Part shown: in pieces, positions 9,261-19,395 of the stretch
How the letters are laid out: every line of letters begins with the position of its first letter
Position numbering within the stretch: position 1 is the first letter of the stretch
Virus record (IMG/VR): IMGVR_UViG_3300017940_000146
DNA: 64,000 nt
Origin: an uncultured virus (IMG/VR IMGVR_UViG_3300017940_000146)
Lineage: Duplodnaviria; Heunggongvirae; Uroviricota; Caudoviricetes
Direction: 5' to 3' (one strand)
Program-made: the position numbers and the translations under genes
The notes under the pieces: generated by a model
Database searches by the model: none
Seen by the model: only the letters and a program-made list of their open reading frames with translations
What the model was told of the DNA's origin: nothing

Positions 9261-10842
9261 AAATTATTTAATGGAGGCATTTCGGTTATTGGGATTTCAG
9301 ATAGGAACTCAAAATCCTATCCAAAAATACAAATCATTTGCTATCCCAGCTAATGTAGATGGTGCCTCACAAATTGCCTCTGGTGGAATTTATGGAACTT
9401 ATGTAGATTTAGAAGGTACAGCTAAAAACGAAGCTGAATTAATTACTCGGTATAGAGACATGGCCATGCAACCAGAGTGTGACCAAGCAATAGAAGATAT
9501 TATTACTGATGCAGTTGTCCAAGAAGATAATCGTCCTGCATTATCAATTAATTTAGAACAATTAGAACAACCTGAAAGTGTCAAAAAGCAAATACATGAT
9601 GCTTTTGATGAAATTCTTAAACTTTTGAATTTCAATGAAGATGGTATGGAAATTTTTAGACGGTGGTATGTTGATGGACGTTTATTTTATCATATATTAG
9701 TTGATCCAGATACACCACAAGAAGGTATTAAGGAACTAAGATATTTAGATCCTAGAAGAGTTCGTAAAATCCGTGAAATTAAAAAGAAATTAGGTGAAGG
9801 TGGAGTTGAAATTGTAGATTCTATTTTAGAATATTACCTTTATAATGAACGTGGAATTGTTAATGTTGAAGCAACAACGGCAATTGGAGTTAAAATTGCT
9901 CCTGATGCCATTTGTTATGTTCATTCTGGTTTAATTGATAGTACACGGAATATGGTTGTAAGTTATTTGCATAAAGCAATTAAACCACTCAATCAATTAC
10001 GTGCAATGGAAGATGCTCATGTTATTTATCGGTTAAGTCGTGCGGCTGAACGTAGAGTATTTTATATTGATGTTGGTAATATGCCAACTAACCGAGCAGA
10101 AGCTTATATTAAAGTTATTATGAATGACTTCCGTAATAAATTAGTATATGATTCTGATACAGGAAATGTTAGAGATGACCATAAATTCTTATCGATGCAA
10201 GAGGATTTTTTCTTACCAAGACGTGAAGGTGGACGAGGAACTGAAGTAACAACTTTACCTGCTGGAACTAATCTTGGACAAATTGAAGATATTATGTATT
10301 TCCAGGAACGGTTATATCAAGCTTTACATGTTCCTAAATCACGTTTAAAATCTGATGGTGGTTTTGGTGTTGGTCGTGAAGCTGAAATTTCAAGAGATGA
10401 AGTTAAATTTTCAAGATTTATTGTAAAACTTCGTAAAAGATTCGATCATTTAATTAAAGAACTTTTGAAAATTCAATTAGAATTATGTGGAGTTATTACT
10501 AAAGATGAATGGGGAGATTTTAGAGATAATATAACTATTGCTTATCAAAAAGATTCGGTCTTTACTGAAGCTAAAGAACAAGAAATTTGGACAAAAAGAC
10601 TTCAATTATTAACTATGATTGACCCAGAATCTCCTGTTGATAGATATTTTTCAAGAGAATGGATATTCAAGAATGTATTAATGTTAGATGAAGATCAAAT
10701 TGAAATTATGAAAGACCAAATTAAAAATGAAAAACCTGAAGTTGATGACGAAAAAGAAAGAATCGCTTCTTTAGAATCTGGTGTATTTGAACAGGAACCT
10801 CCACCAGCACCTAAAAAATCAAAATCGGAGAAAAATAAATAA
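9253..10842 (+). CDS. gp20: Portal protein gp20
   Basis: WYVDGR, YLHKAIKP.NQL, RRVFYIDVGN, EDFFLPRREGGRGTE, RDEVKF. Confidence 0.97.
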   Translation: MAKNYLMEAFRLLGFQIGTQNPIQKYKSFAIPANVDGASQIASGGIYGTYVDLEGTAKNEAELITRYRDMAMQPECDQAIEDIITDAVVQEDNRPALSINLEQLEQPESVKKQIHDAFDEILKLLNFNEDGMEIFRRWYVDGRLFYHILVDPDTPQEGIKELRYLDPRRVRKIREIKKKLGEGGVEIVDSILEYYLYNERGIVNVEATTAIGVKIAPDAICYVHSGLIDSTRNMVVSYLHKAIKPLNQLRAMEDAHVIYRLSRAAERRVFYIDVGNMPTNRAEAYIKVIMNDFRNKLVYDSDTGNVRDDHKFLSMQEDFFLPRREGGRGTEVTTLPAGTNLGQIEDIMYFQERLYQALHVPKSRLKSDGGFGVGREAEISRDEVKFSRFIVKLRKRFDHLIKELLKIQLELCGVITKDEWGDFRDNITIAYQKDSVFTEAKEQEIWTKRLQLLTMIDPESPVDRYFSREWIFKNVLMLDEDQIEIMKDQIKNEKPEVDDEKERIASLESGVFEQEPPPAPKKSKSEKNK

Positions 10843-11015
10843 TGAAAACAAAAATTTATGGGGCATTTGGGCAATTACATGCCAAAAGAAATTATACACA
10901 AGAAGAATTGGATAAAACAATTCATGGGTTAGAAGCTGAAGTTGATATAATGGAAATTATACCCGAAATTTTAAAAGAAGTGAAAATACTAAAGATTAAT
11001 TGGAATTTAGAATAG
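10842..11015 (+). CDS. Small hypothetical protein (57 aa), below the ORF track cutoff
   Basis: ATG overlaps gp20 stop; MKTKIYGAFGQLHAKR...NWNLE*. Confidence 0.5.
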   Translation: MKTKIYGAFGQLHAKRNYTQEELDKTIHGLEAEVDIMEIIPEILKEVKILKINWNLE

Positions 11016-11023
11016 GAGAATAT

Positions 11024-11674
11024 ATGACACCAAAATCCGTTAAAAATATAGTTCTCTCTTGCGAGAATCAGGCACCGTATTCTCTAATCAGTAATGTAGA
11101 TGAAATTCTTACTGAAAAAGTAACGAAAGCCTACAATAAGAAAAAGAGAGAATTAAATTCGAAAGTTTTAACAGAAGGAAAGAAATTATTATTGGAACCT
11201 GAAAAAGATAAAGATCCATATGAATCTTATGAACCTAAGGTCCGTGAAGCTATTGATTATACTGTGGAAAGTGTATTAGAAAATAATCTCGAATTAGAAA
11301 ATACTATCCAAATGGCTGCTAAACAATATGGAATTAAAGAAGAATCTTTAAGAGAATATTTTAACACCTTTCTTGGAGAAACAACAAGAACTGAAATTAG
11401 GGTAGATAGTACTAAATCAAATGACCAAGATTCACAAAGTGGAAAAGGTTTACGGGATGATGAAGATACTAATAAACGCGTTCGTTATGAATCAGTTTTA
11501 GTACTTAAAGATGGACATAGAATGGTTTTAAATGAATCTATAATTAAAAAAATAGATACAGTAATGGAAAATTTAACAGAAGATAATTTAAAATATTTTG
11601 TAGACCTTTTAACAGGTGATAAAACACATTTCCTTAAAGCTGTAGACTTTTGCCAAAGAATGGTAAATGACTAA
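11024..11674 (+). CDS. Putative prohead core/head protein
   Basis: Position between gp20 and gp21; AGGAG RBS before ATG 11024; Glu/Lys-rich. Confidence 0.5.
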   Translation: MTPKSVKNIVLSCENQAPYSLISNVDEILTEKVTKAYNKKKRELNSKVLTEGKKLLLEPEKDKDPYESYEPKVREAIDYTVESVLENNLELENTIQMAAKQYGIKEESLREYFNTFLGETTRTEIRVDSTKSNDQDSQSGKGLRDDEDTNKRVRYESVLVLKDGHRMVLNESIIKKIDTVMENLTEDNLKYFVDLLTGDKTHFLKAVDFCQRMVND

Positions 11675-11693
11675 ATATTAATTGGAGATCTAT

Positions 11694-11972
11694 ATGGTTA
11701 AAACAGATATAATTACAGCTATTGAAAATAAAGATTATTTAAGATCTACTGAATTATTAGAACGGTCATTGTATCAAAAGGCTGGAGTTATTTTAGAAGA
11801 GAAAAAGAAACAAGTAGTTGCTAAAACTTGGAAAGCAATTGATACTCTTCCAGGTTCAGATGAAAAAGCAAAATTAAATGCATCTCGGCGCAAGGCTTTT
11901 AAAGATAAAATGAAGCACCTAAAACATGGTGAAAATAAAGAGCAACACGAGGATGCGAAGGCGGGTAAGTAA
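11694..11972 (+). CDS. Prohead core protein, gp67-like
   Basis: DIITAIENKDY...LEEKKKQV resembles T4 gp67; synteny. Confidence 0.55.
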   Translation: MVKTDIITAIENKDYLRSTELLERSLYQKAGVILEEKKKQVVAKTWKAIDTLPGSDEKAKLNASRRKAFKDKMKHLKHGENKEQHEDAKAGK

Positions 11973-12211
11973 TGTATCCTTATACTCACGTGGTAAATTT
12001 AACGGTTACTACTGCCGGTACTTCCGGATTAGCTAGTGGTGGATCAGCCGGTGCATATAGTGCATTTATGGCTGGTACAAGTGGAGTTATAGTTATTCAA
12101 ACCATTTATGGGGAAACTGCGGGACTTACTGTTGAACCTGGATTCATTTATCCTATTGAGATCCTGTATCTATTATCTTCCAGTGCCGGTACGATTGTAG
12201 GATTAAAATAA
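11972..12211 (+). CDS. Small Gly/Ser/Thr-rich putative virion protein
   Basis: 79 aa, TAGTSG and AGTSG motifs, inside head gene block. Confidence 0.5.
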   Translation: MYPYTHVVNLTVTTAGTSGLASGGSAGAYSAFMAGTSGVIVIQTIYGETAGLTVEPGFIYPIEILYLLSSSAGTIVGLK

Positions 12212-12212
12212 T

Positions 12213-12905
12213 ATGTCTAAAATCATTTTAAATGGTGTTGAAATGGACATGCTAATTGAGGCATGTGATGAATTTCAATTCATAAAAGAAGATCTTAATG
12301 GTAAGACCTACCGTATGATTGAAGGTGTATTTTTACAACAAGAAATAGTTAATAAAAATAAACGTAAATATCCAAAATCGATTATGGAACCAGAAGTAAT
12401 CCGTTATGTAAATGAAATGGTTCTTAAAAATAGAGCAGTTGGAGAATTAGGACATCCTGATGGTCCTACAGTAAATCCTGAAAGAGTTTCACATAAAATT
12501 ATTTCACTTATAAAAGATGGTGATAATTATATTGGAAAAGCAAGAATTTCTAATTCACCATTTGGAAAAATTGTTCAAAATTTTTTGGAAGAAGAAATCC
12601 TTTTTGGAGTATCTTCAAGAGCAGTTGGAACACTTCGGCGTACAAATGGTATTGATATGGTTCAAGGTGATTTCCATTTAGCAACTGCGGCAGATATTGT
12701 TATGGATCCATCTGCACCTGATGCATTTGTTAGAGGTGTAATGGAAAATAAAGAATACATTTTTGCTGATGGATTAATTCAAGAAGCAAATTTAGATAAA
12801 TGGAAAAAAGCTATTAAATTAGCTTCAGAAAATTCTTTACATGAAGTTAGTTTACAAGTTTATAAAGAATTCTTAACGGAAATAGATGACCGTTTTAAGA
12901 TATAG
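12213..12905 (+). CDS. gp21: Prohead protease gp21
   Basis: IEGVFLQ, GELGHP, GVSSRAVG, DIVMDPSAPDAFV. Confidence 0.96.
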   Translation: MSKIILNGVEMDMLIEACDEFQFIKEDLNGKTYRMIEGVFLQQEIVNKNKRKYPKSIMEPEVIRYVNEMVLKNRAVGELGHPDGPTVNPERVSHKIISLIKDGDNYIGKARISNSPFGKIVQNFLEEEILFGVSSRAVGTLRRTNGIDMVQGDFHLATAADIVMDPSAPDAFVRGVMENKEYIFADGLIQEANLDKWKKAIKLASENSLHEVSLQVYKEFLTEIDDRFKI

Positions 12906-12910
12906 ATTTT

Positions 12911-12918
12911 TATAAATA
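12911..12918 (+). promoter_or_regulatory. T4-type late promoter TATAAATA
   Basis: Exact consensus upstream of gp22; gp55 is encoded in the window. Confidence 0.8.
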
Positions 12919-12971
12919 TGGATAAGAGATATTTATCCATTAATTTTGATTAATAGTCGAGGAGACATAGA

Positions 12972-14405
12972 ATGAAATCCTTTAACGAAAAATTGGACGC
13001 GATCCTCAGCAAAAAAAAGACCGTATTGACAGAATCAGAAGAACGTTATGGTACCAATAGTCCTACACAAGTAAAACCTGAAAAAGGTGAAGATGTAACT
13101 AAAGGTGTTATTGATGGTCACGGTAAAATTGATGCTACAGGACCAATTCCTACAGGTGCCGTTGATACATTAAAAACTACTCCAGGTGTTTCACCTACTG
13201 AAGGTCCTACAGGACATCTTCCTACAAATGCAGATTTGCCCCGTAAACAATTGGGTGGAGTAGATAAAGATAATAAAGATCCTGGTTCTCGGGAACTTCC
13301 TCCTACTCCAAAAGTTTATGGTCTTCATGAGGAAGAAGATGATGAAAAAGAGAAGGAAAAGAAAGATCTTCCTCCATTTTTGAAGAAAAAGAAAGAAAAA
13401 GAAGTTAAAGAAGAAAAAGAAGAAGAAAAAGAAACTTCTAATGCCAATAAACGTGCTGGTTATACCGATAAAGCTAAAGGATCTGGAGAAAAAGCTGATC
13501 GGTTAAAGGAAGAAAATGATAATGAAGAAGGTGAAAAAACTCACGAAAAAGATCCTGGTATTAAAGAAGAAGAAGACGAAAAAGAAAGTAAAGCAGAAAA
13601 AGAAAAAGAAGAAAAGAAAAAGAAATTAAAAGAAGAGAAAAAAGAAGAAGAGGAAGATGAAAAAGCTGATAAGAAAGCTGTAAAAGAAGCAACTTCTGCT
13701 CTTTTTGCTGGAGATCCTATTTCTGAAGTATTAAAAGAAAAAACATCTACTATTTTTGAAGCTACTCTTTCTAATAGAATTAAGGAATATCGTAAAACAT
13801 TAAAAGAACGTAATACGAGAAAACTTAATGAACGTGTTGAAGAAATCCGCCAAGAATTGGCAGAAGTAGTAAATGGTTCTCTTGACTTAGTAGTAGAAAG
13901 TTGGGTCAAAGAAAATGAAGTACCTTTGGAAAGTGCAATTAAATCTGAATTAGTAGAATCTTTTATTGGTGAATTAAAACAACTTTTCGAAGAACATTAT
14001 ATTGAATTACCAGAAGAAAAAGTTGATGTTGTTTCTGAAATGGCAAATCGTATAAGTAAATTAGAACAAAAATTAAATGAACAAATCGAAACTAATATTT
14101 CTTTACAAAAAGAAGTTAAAAAACATGAACGTTCTGAAATTTTTGATCGGGTAGCAAAAGGTTTGGCAACTACACAAGTGGAAAAATTGAGAACTTTGGC
14201 TGAAAGTGTTGAATTCACTACACCGAAGAAATTTGAAACTGCGTTAGCAACTTTAAGAGACAATGTAGTTAGTTCAAAAGAATCACCTAAGCCAAAAACC
14301 TTAGCAGAACAGACATTACTGGATAATGCCACTGATACAAAAACTACTACTTTAACAATGGTAGAATCAGTTAAAGCAGCATTACACCAAATGGCTAAAA
14401 ATTAA
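12972..14405 (+). CDS. gp22: Prohead scaffold protein gp22 with long charged N-terminal extension
   Basis: TIFEA, FIGELKQLFEEHYIELPEEKVDVV, KLRTLAESVEF; precedes gp23. Confidence 0.9.
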   Translation: MKSFNEKLDAILSKKKTVLTESEERYGTNSPTQVKPEKGEDVTKGVIDGHGKIDATGPIPTGAVDTLKTTPGVSPTEGPTGHLPTNADLPRKQLGGVDKDNKDPGSRELPPTPKVYGLHEEEDDEKEKEKKDLPPFLKKKKEKEVKEEKEEEKETSNANKRAGYTDKAKGSGEKADRLKEENDNEEGEKTHEKDPGIKEEEDEKESKAEKEKEEKKKKLKEEKKEEEEDEKADKKAVKEATSALFAGDPISEVLKEKTSTIFEATLSNRIKEYRKTLKERNTRKLNERVEEIRQELAEVVNGSLDLVVESWVKENEVPLESAIKSELVESFIGELKQLFEEHYIELPEEKVDVVSEMANRISKLEQKLNEQIETNISLQKEVKKHERSEIFDRVAKGLATTQVEKLRTLAESVEFTTPKKFETALATLRDNVVSSKESPKPKTLAEQTLLDNATDTKTTTLTMVESVKAALHQMAKN

Positions 14406-14410
14406 TGGAT

Positions 14411-14418
14411 TATAAATA
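14411..14418 (+). promoter_or_regulatory. T4-type late promoter TATAAATA
   Basis: Exact consensus upstream of gp23 with TAAGGAG RBS. Confidence 0.8.
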
Positions 14419-14460
14419 TTCCATAATAGTGTATTAAAGAATTAAGGAGAATTAATTAAC

Positions 14461-15819
14461 ATGAGAGACGATATGACCACTGATAAATTGGTTACAAAGT
14501 GGGAAACGATTCTTGATGATCCAAGTTATGGCAAACTTGTTAATCGCCACAAACGGCGTGTAATTGCTACATTAATGGAAAATCAAAGTGAAGATTTTGA
14601 AAAACAAAGCCAAACTTTAAAAGAATCCGCACCTACATTAAGTACAGGAGCCGGAATTGCTAATTTCGATCCTATTTTGATTTCATTGGTAAGACGTGCT
14701 ATGCCTAACTTGATTGCATACGATGTTTGTGGTGTGCAACCTATGGTTGGACCTACCGGTTTAATTTTTGCCATGAAGTCACGTTATACTAGCAAACAAG
14801 GAACAGAAGCATTATTCAATGAAGCCCAAACACAATTTTCTGGTCAAGATCCTAATGGACCTTCTGGACAAGATTGGTTAGGACAAACTGGATCGAATAG
14901 TTTTCCTGGTGCTTCATCTCAATCTGGAACAGATCCTGTATCAACTGGATTCCCACCAGTATCAAGTGTATCTGGTTATACAATCGGTCGTCCTATGACC
15001 ACACCACAAGCTGAAGCTTTAGGTGATGGAGTTGGATCTGATTTTAATCAGATGGCTTTCAGTATTGATAAAATTACTGTGGAAGCTAAAACCCGTGCAT
15101 TAAAAGCTGAATATTCAGTTGAAGTTGCACAAGACTTAAAAGCTATCCATGGTTTAGATGCTGAAACAGAATTGGCTAATATCCTTTCGGCTGAAATCTT
15201 AACTGAAATTAACCGTGAAGTTATTAGAACAATTTACTATGTATCTGTAACTGGTGCAGCACAAACAACTGTTCCTGGAACATTCGATCTTGACATTGAT
15301 GCCAATGGTCGTTGGTCAGTTGAAAAATTTAAGGGTCTTATCTTCCAAGTTGAACGTGAAGCTAATGCTATTGCCAAGGCGACGCGTCGTGGAAGAGGTA
15401 ATGTTATAATCTGTTCTTCAGACGTTGCTAGTGCGTTAGTAATGGCTGGAAAATTAGATTATACACCTGCATTACAAAGTGATTTAACAGTAGATGATAC
15501 TGGAAATACTTTCACTGGTGTATTAAATGGACGTTATCGTGTATATATCGATCCTTATTTTGGTAATAGTGGAACAAATGAAGAATTCGTATTAGTAGGT
15601 TATAAGGGTGCAAATGCTTATGATGCAGGTCTTTTCTATTGTCCATATGTACCTCTACAATTGTTTAGAGCACAAGATCCTCATACCTTCCAACCGAAGA
15701 TTGCCTTTAAGACTCGGTATGCTTTGGCGCCAAATCCATTCTGGTCAGACGCGAATGCTACCCTCCAGGGTAATTCAAGTGCATATTACCGTATGATTAA
15801 AGTGGTCAATCTTCTATAA
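14461..15819 (+). CDS. gp23: Major capsid protein gp23
   Basis: LVRRAMPNLIAYDVCGVQPM.GPTGLIFA, AQDLKAIHGLDAE.EL, YCPYVPL, FKTRY. Confidence 0.98.
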   Translation: MRDDMTTDKLVTKWETILDDPSYGKLVNRHKRRVIATLMENQSEDFEKQSQTLKESAPTLSTGAGIANFDPILISLVRRAMPNLIAYDVCGVQPMVGPTGLIFAMKSRYTSKQGTEALFNEAQTQFSGQDPNGPSGQDWLGQTGSNSFPGASSQSGTDPVSTGFPPVSSVSGYTIGRPMTTPQAEALGDGVGSDFNQMAFSIDKITVEAKTRALKAEYSVEVAQDLKAIHGLDAETELANILSAEILTEINREVIRTIYYVSVTGAAQTTVPGTFDLDIDANGRWSVEKFKGLIFQVEREANAIAKATRRGRGNVIICSSDVASALVMAGKLDYTPALQSDLTVDDTGNTFTGVLNGRYRVYIDPYFGNSGTNEEFVLVGYKGANAYDAGLFYCPYVPLQLFRAQDPHTFQPKIAFKTRYALAPNPFWSDANATLQGNSSAYYRMIKVVNLL

Positions 15820-15845
15820 TCAATTGCCACTGGTTTTAAAATTCC

Positions 15846-15888
15846 GGGGAATTAGGGACCTTAAAATCCTTAATTCCCCATTTTTTTG
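15846..15888 (+). terminator. Rho-independent terminator after gp23
   Basis: ggggaattaggg...tccttaattcccc followed by T7. Confidence 0.85.
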
Positions 15889-15890
15889 TC

Positions 15891-15919
15891 TTGACAAATC
15901 CTTTAAAATATGATATAAT
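15891..15919 (+). promoter_or_regulatory. Sigma70-type promoter
   Basis: TTGACA-17-TATAAT. Confidence 0.85.
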
Positions 15920-15932
15920 AAATAATAGTGTT

Positions 15933-16529
15933 ATGATAACTAAAACAGATCAATCTCAATTATATGGTGCATTAAATCGACAACCAAAAAATGTCAATCC
16001 ATTATATCCCAATAAATTTATTTTTTTCTTAACTAAATTACCAGAATTATCTTTATCTAGTAATAGTTGTAATATTCCATCAATGAATGGAAGTAATTGG
16101 AAACAAGTAACAAGTGTAAATCCTATTCCAAGAAGTGGATTAAATATTGAATTTGAAGAATTAGAAGTAACATTTATTGTTGATGCAGATATGAATAATT
16201 GGAGCGAATTAGCAAATTGGATGTTATTGATGTATATGGTAAAAACCAGTGCTGATTATGAAACTGTGAAATTAGAACAATTACAACCACATGAAGAAGG
16301 TGGTTTAACTTCAGATGCTCAATTGATACTTTTAACTAACCAATCAGTTCCTAATATTGTTTTTTATTTTCGTGATGCTTTTCCAATTTATTTAAGTGGA
16401 TTTCATTTAACAAATGATGTAAATGAACCTATAGCTATTGAAGCTACTGTAAGATTTGCTTATAGTTATTATGATTTTGAAAGTGTAACTCCAACTCAAC
16501 CTGATACAACAGACGATTCTACAACATAA
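15933..16529 (+). CDS. gp3: Tail completion/tube terminator gp3-like
   Basis: N.LYPNKF, FEELEVTFIVDADMNNW, FRDAFP..LS, F.YSYY; position between gp23 and uvsY. Confidence 0.75.
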   Translation: MITKTDQSQLYGALNRQPKNVNPLYPNKFIFFLTKLPELSLSSNSCNIPSMNGSNWKQVTSVNPIPRSGLNIEFEELEVTFIVDADMNNWSELANWMLLMYMVKTSADYETVKLEQLQPHEEGGLTSDAQLILLTNQSVPNIVFYFRDAFPIYLSGFHLTNDVNEPIAIEATVRFAYSYYDFESVTPTQPDTTDDSTT

Positions 16530-16530
16530 A

Positions 16531-16959
16531 ATGACTTTATCTGAATTACAAGCGGAAATTTTACAAGATCTCCGAATTGAACATGACGAATTAAATTATG
16601 AGGCGGTCCGTACTCCTAAAATACATCATAAATATAATAAAATGCTTATGTTAGAACGTTTAGCATTAAAAAAACTTGAAAGAGATTGGGATAAATTATA
16701 TTTAGAACGATGGGAATATTTTAGGAAAAAAGCTCCAGATGAAGTCTATATCAAAAAACCTTTATTAAAAAGAATTGCTGATACCGATGTTAAATTATAT
16801 CTTGCAGCGGATGAAGATCTTCAAAAATTAAGAACCCAAATAGAATCTAAAGAAGAATTAATTGACCTTTTAAAACGCACAATGGATCAAATTGGTCAAA
16901 GAACTTGGCTTATGAAAAATGTTACAGATTATTTAAAGTATTTAGGAAATGAAAAATGA
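16531..16959 (+). CDS. uvsY: Recombination mediator UvsY
   Basis: L.YEA..TPKIHHKY, YLAADEDL, I..R.W.MKN. Confidence 0.85.
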   Translation: MTLSELQAEILQDLRIEHDELNYEAVRTPKIHHKYNKMLMLERLALKKLERDWDKLYLERWEYFRKKAPDEVYIKKPLLKRIADTDVKLYLAADEDLQKLRTQIESKEELIDLLKRTMDQIGQRTWLMKNVTDYLKYLGNEK

Positions 16960-17381
16960 GTTATTCATTAAAATATAATAAAAAACTTTCCAATTCTCCC
17001 TGTCTTCCTCTAATGATGGAAGGATGGAATGAATTAATTAAAATTAAATATGTAGATCCTTTAATAATTTTAAATGAAGATACAATTGGAGATCATGAAG
17101 TCATTTGGATGGAATATAAAAATAAACCAGTAGCTTTAATAACATTTACGTGCCACCCAGATGAAAAATATGCTTGGATTCGAATGACTTTTGTCGAAAA
17201 ATCGCACCGACACCAATATTTATATGAAAAGATGTATGCTAAATTGAAAAAAATAATAATTAAACAAGGTCTTCCAAGAATTTCTGGTGGTATATATTCA
17301 CAAAATAAACCTATGCAAGAGGCCGCGAAAAAGGTAGGTCGCATAATTGAATATTCAGTTTGGACGGAGTTTTTAAAATGA
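16956..17381 (+). CDS. GNAT-family acetyltransferase
   Basis: FVEKSHRHQYLY (motif A-like), N.PMQ.AAKKVG. Confidence 0.6.
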   Translation: MSYSLKYNKKLSNSPCLPLMMEGWNELIKIKYVDPLIILNEDTIGDHEVIWMEYKNKPVALITFTCHPDEKYAWIRMTFVEKSHRHQYLYEKMYAKLKKIIIKQGLPRISGGIYSQNKPMQEAAKKVGRIIEYSVWTEFLK

Positions 17382-17491
17382 AACTTACGGAAGAAAATGC
17401 ACAAAAATTTTGTAATATGGATTCAGAAACGCTTCATGCATTCACCATCTCCGAATCACATTCGCGGCCACAATGACAAGTGGTTTCTTAA

Positions 17492-19054
17492 ATGACATTA
17501 AATGATAATACACTCTATATCCGAAAGAAAGACGAAATTTTCCTAGAAGTTTTAGCTTCAGATAGTATAGTAAATTCTTTATCCGATTTCTTTTGTTTCT
17601 TTGTTCCTGGTTACAAGTTTATGAAGAAATATAAAATGAAACTTTGGGACGGACAAATACGACTCTATAATAAGCATACAGGAGAAATTTATCTTGGTCT
17701 TTTACAACATATTAAAGAATATGCTAGGTTACATGAATATGTAATAGAATATGAAAATGGACAAGATTTAGATGTAGAAGAAGAATTTTCTGTTAAAGAA
17801 GCTTTAGCATTTGCAAAATCTTTAAATATCCATGTAAAACGAGAAGATAAAAATGAAAAAGATATTTTTATTCCTATTGAACCACACGATTTTCAATTAG
17901 ATGCTTTTCGTCATTCTGTCCAATCTTCAAGATCTATTTTATTATGCCCTACAGCATCAGGTAAATCTTTAATCATTTATCTTTTAATTCGATATTATCA
18001 ACAATTTATAAAAGGAAAAATTCTTATTATAGTACCTACTGTAAATTTGGTTTCTCAAATGTTTACAGATTTTGGGGAATATTCTTATGCTGATAAATGG
18101 GATGTTAGAGATGAAACTCATATGATTTATCAAGGAAAAGAAAAAGGAACCAAAAAACAAATTGTTATATCAACTTGGGAATCCATTTATAAATTACCTG
18201 AAGAATATTTTGAACAATTTGAAGTGATAATTGGTGATGAAGCTCATTTATTTAAAGCTGCTTCTCTTATAAAAATTATGAACAAATCCATGAATGCGAA
18301 ATATCGTTTTGGTACAACTGGAACATTAGATGGAACTAAAACACATAAATTAGTTTTAGAAGGTTTGTTTGGACGAGTATATAAAGTTACTACAACTAAA
18401 CTTTTAATAGAGAGAGAAATTCTATCCAATATATTAGTTAATTGTTTAATGCTTTACTATCCAGAAGAAATTTGTGAAAAAATGAAAGGTGCCAAATATC
18501 AACAAGAAATTACATTTTTGGTTGAAAATGAGGCGCGGAATAAATTTATCCGAAATCTTGCAATATCATTAAAAGGAAATACTCTTGTCCTTTTTAATTT
18601 AGTTGATCGTCATGGGAAAATTCTTTATGAATCTATTAAAAATAATGTTATTGATGGAAGAAAAGTATTTTTTATTTCTGGTAAAGTAGATGCGGAAATT
18701 AGAGAAAAATTTAGACAAATTACTGAAAAAGAAAGAGATGCTATTATCGTAGCTTCTTATGGTACATTTTCTTTAGGTGTGAATATTAGGAATTTACATA
18801 ATTTGATTATTGCTTCACCTATTAAAAGTTGTATTCGTTTACTTCAATCTATTGGAAGAGGTTTAAGAAAAGCATCTTCCAAAGATATATTAAATTTTTA
18901 TGATATTTCTGATATTCTCCAATATAAAAGTCATAAAAACCATACCATGAAACATTTTGTAATTAGGATGAATATCTATAATAATGAAAAATTTGATTAT
19001 AAGTTATATAAAGTTAGATTGAAAAGACCCACCCATGGATTGCAATCCAAATAG
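17492..19054 (+). CDS. uvsW: DNA helicase UvsW
   Basis: WDGQIRL, PTASGKS, DEAH, GTTGT, QSIGRGLR. Confidence 0.95.
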   Translation: MTLNDNTLYIRKKDEIFLEVLASDSIVNSLSDFFCFFVPGYKFMKKYKMKLWDGQIRLYNKHTGEIYLGLLQHIKEYARLHEYVIEYENGQDLDVEEEFSVKEALAFAKSLNIHVKREDKNEKDIFIPIEPHDFQLDAFRHSVQSSRSILLCPTASGKSLIIYLLIRYYQQFIKGKILIIVPTVNLVSQMFTDFGEYSYADKWDVRDETHMIYQGKEKGTKKQIVISTWESIYKLPEEYFEQFEVIIGDEAHLFKAASLIKIMNKSMNAKYRFGTTGTLDGTKTHKLVLEGLFGRVYKVTTTKLLIEREILSNILVNCLMLYYPEEICEKMKGAKYQQEITFLVENEARNKFIRNLAISLKGNTLVLFNLVDRHGKILYESIKNNVIDGRKVFFISGKVDAEIREKFRQITEKERDAIIVASYGTFSLGVNIRNLHNLIIASPIKSCIRLLQSIGRGLRKASSKDILNFYDISDILQYKSHKNHTMKHFVIRMNIYNNEKFDYKLYKVRLKRPTHGLQSK

Positions 19055-19205
19055 TTATGATAATTGCGGATCCAATAATAAAAGTTAAGAATGCTGCTAC
19101 AATAATATATACCAATCTAAATGCTAAAATTGCTACCATTATGATAAATTTTCCTATAGCTAATAATGCTAAGATAGCCAATATCATTATAAATAATGTT
19201 GTCAT
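19014..19205 (-). CDS. Small hydrophobic membrane protein (63 aa)
   Basis: Nearly all hydrophobic; own consensus promoter on minus strand; GAGTGG upstream of ATG. Confidence 0.6.
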   Translation of the reverse strand: MTTLFIMILAILALLAIGKFIIMVAILAFRLVYIIVAAFLTFIIGSAIIITIWIAIHGWVFSI

Positions 19206-19308
19206 AATATCCACTCTTTTGGCCTTAATGGTCCTCTTCTCCACATAATATCATCATGTCTATTAATGGCCACTAATACCATGGCCCCTCTTTTTAAACG
19301 ACATGTAT

Positions 19309-19337
19309 ATTATAGCAAGTTTTTTTGTGGAAGTCAA
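19309..19337 (-). promoter_or_regulatory. Sigma70-type promoter, minus strand
   Basis: Reverse complement TTGACT-17-TATAAT. Confidence 0.75.
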
Positions 19338-19395
19338 GTGTTTTTTGAAAATAATTTGGATCTTGTTGGTATTAAAAGAAATATAGACCAAAGGC

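Noticed and set aside
13330..13690. Purine-rich low-complexity tract and long antisense ORFs (13541-13909, 13997-14332)
   Set aside because: Explained by the Glu/Lys-rich gp22 scaffold; the minus-strand ORFs are shadows
19057..19248. + strand 63-aa Ile/Asn-rich ORF
   Set aside because: Antisense shadow of the minus-strand membrane gene, which has the promoter
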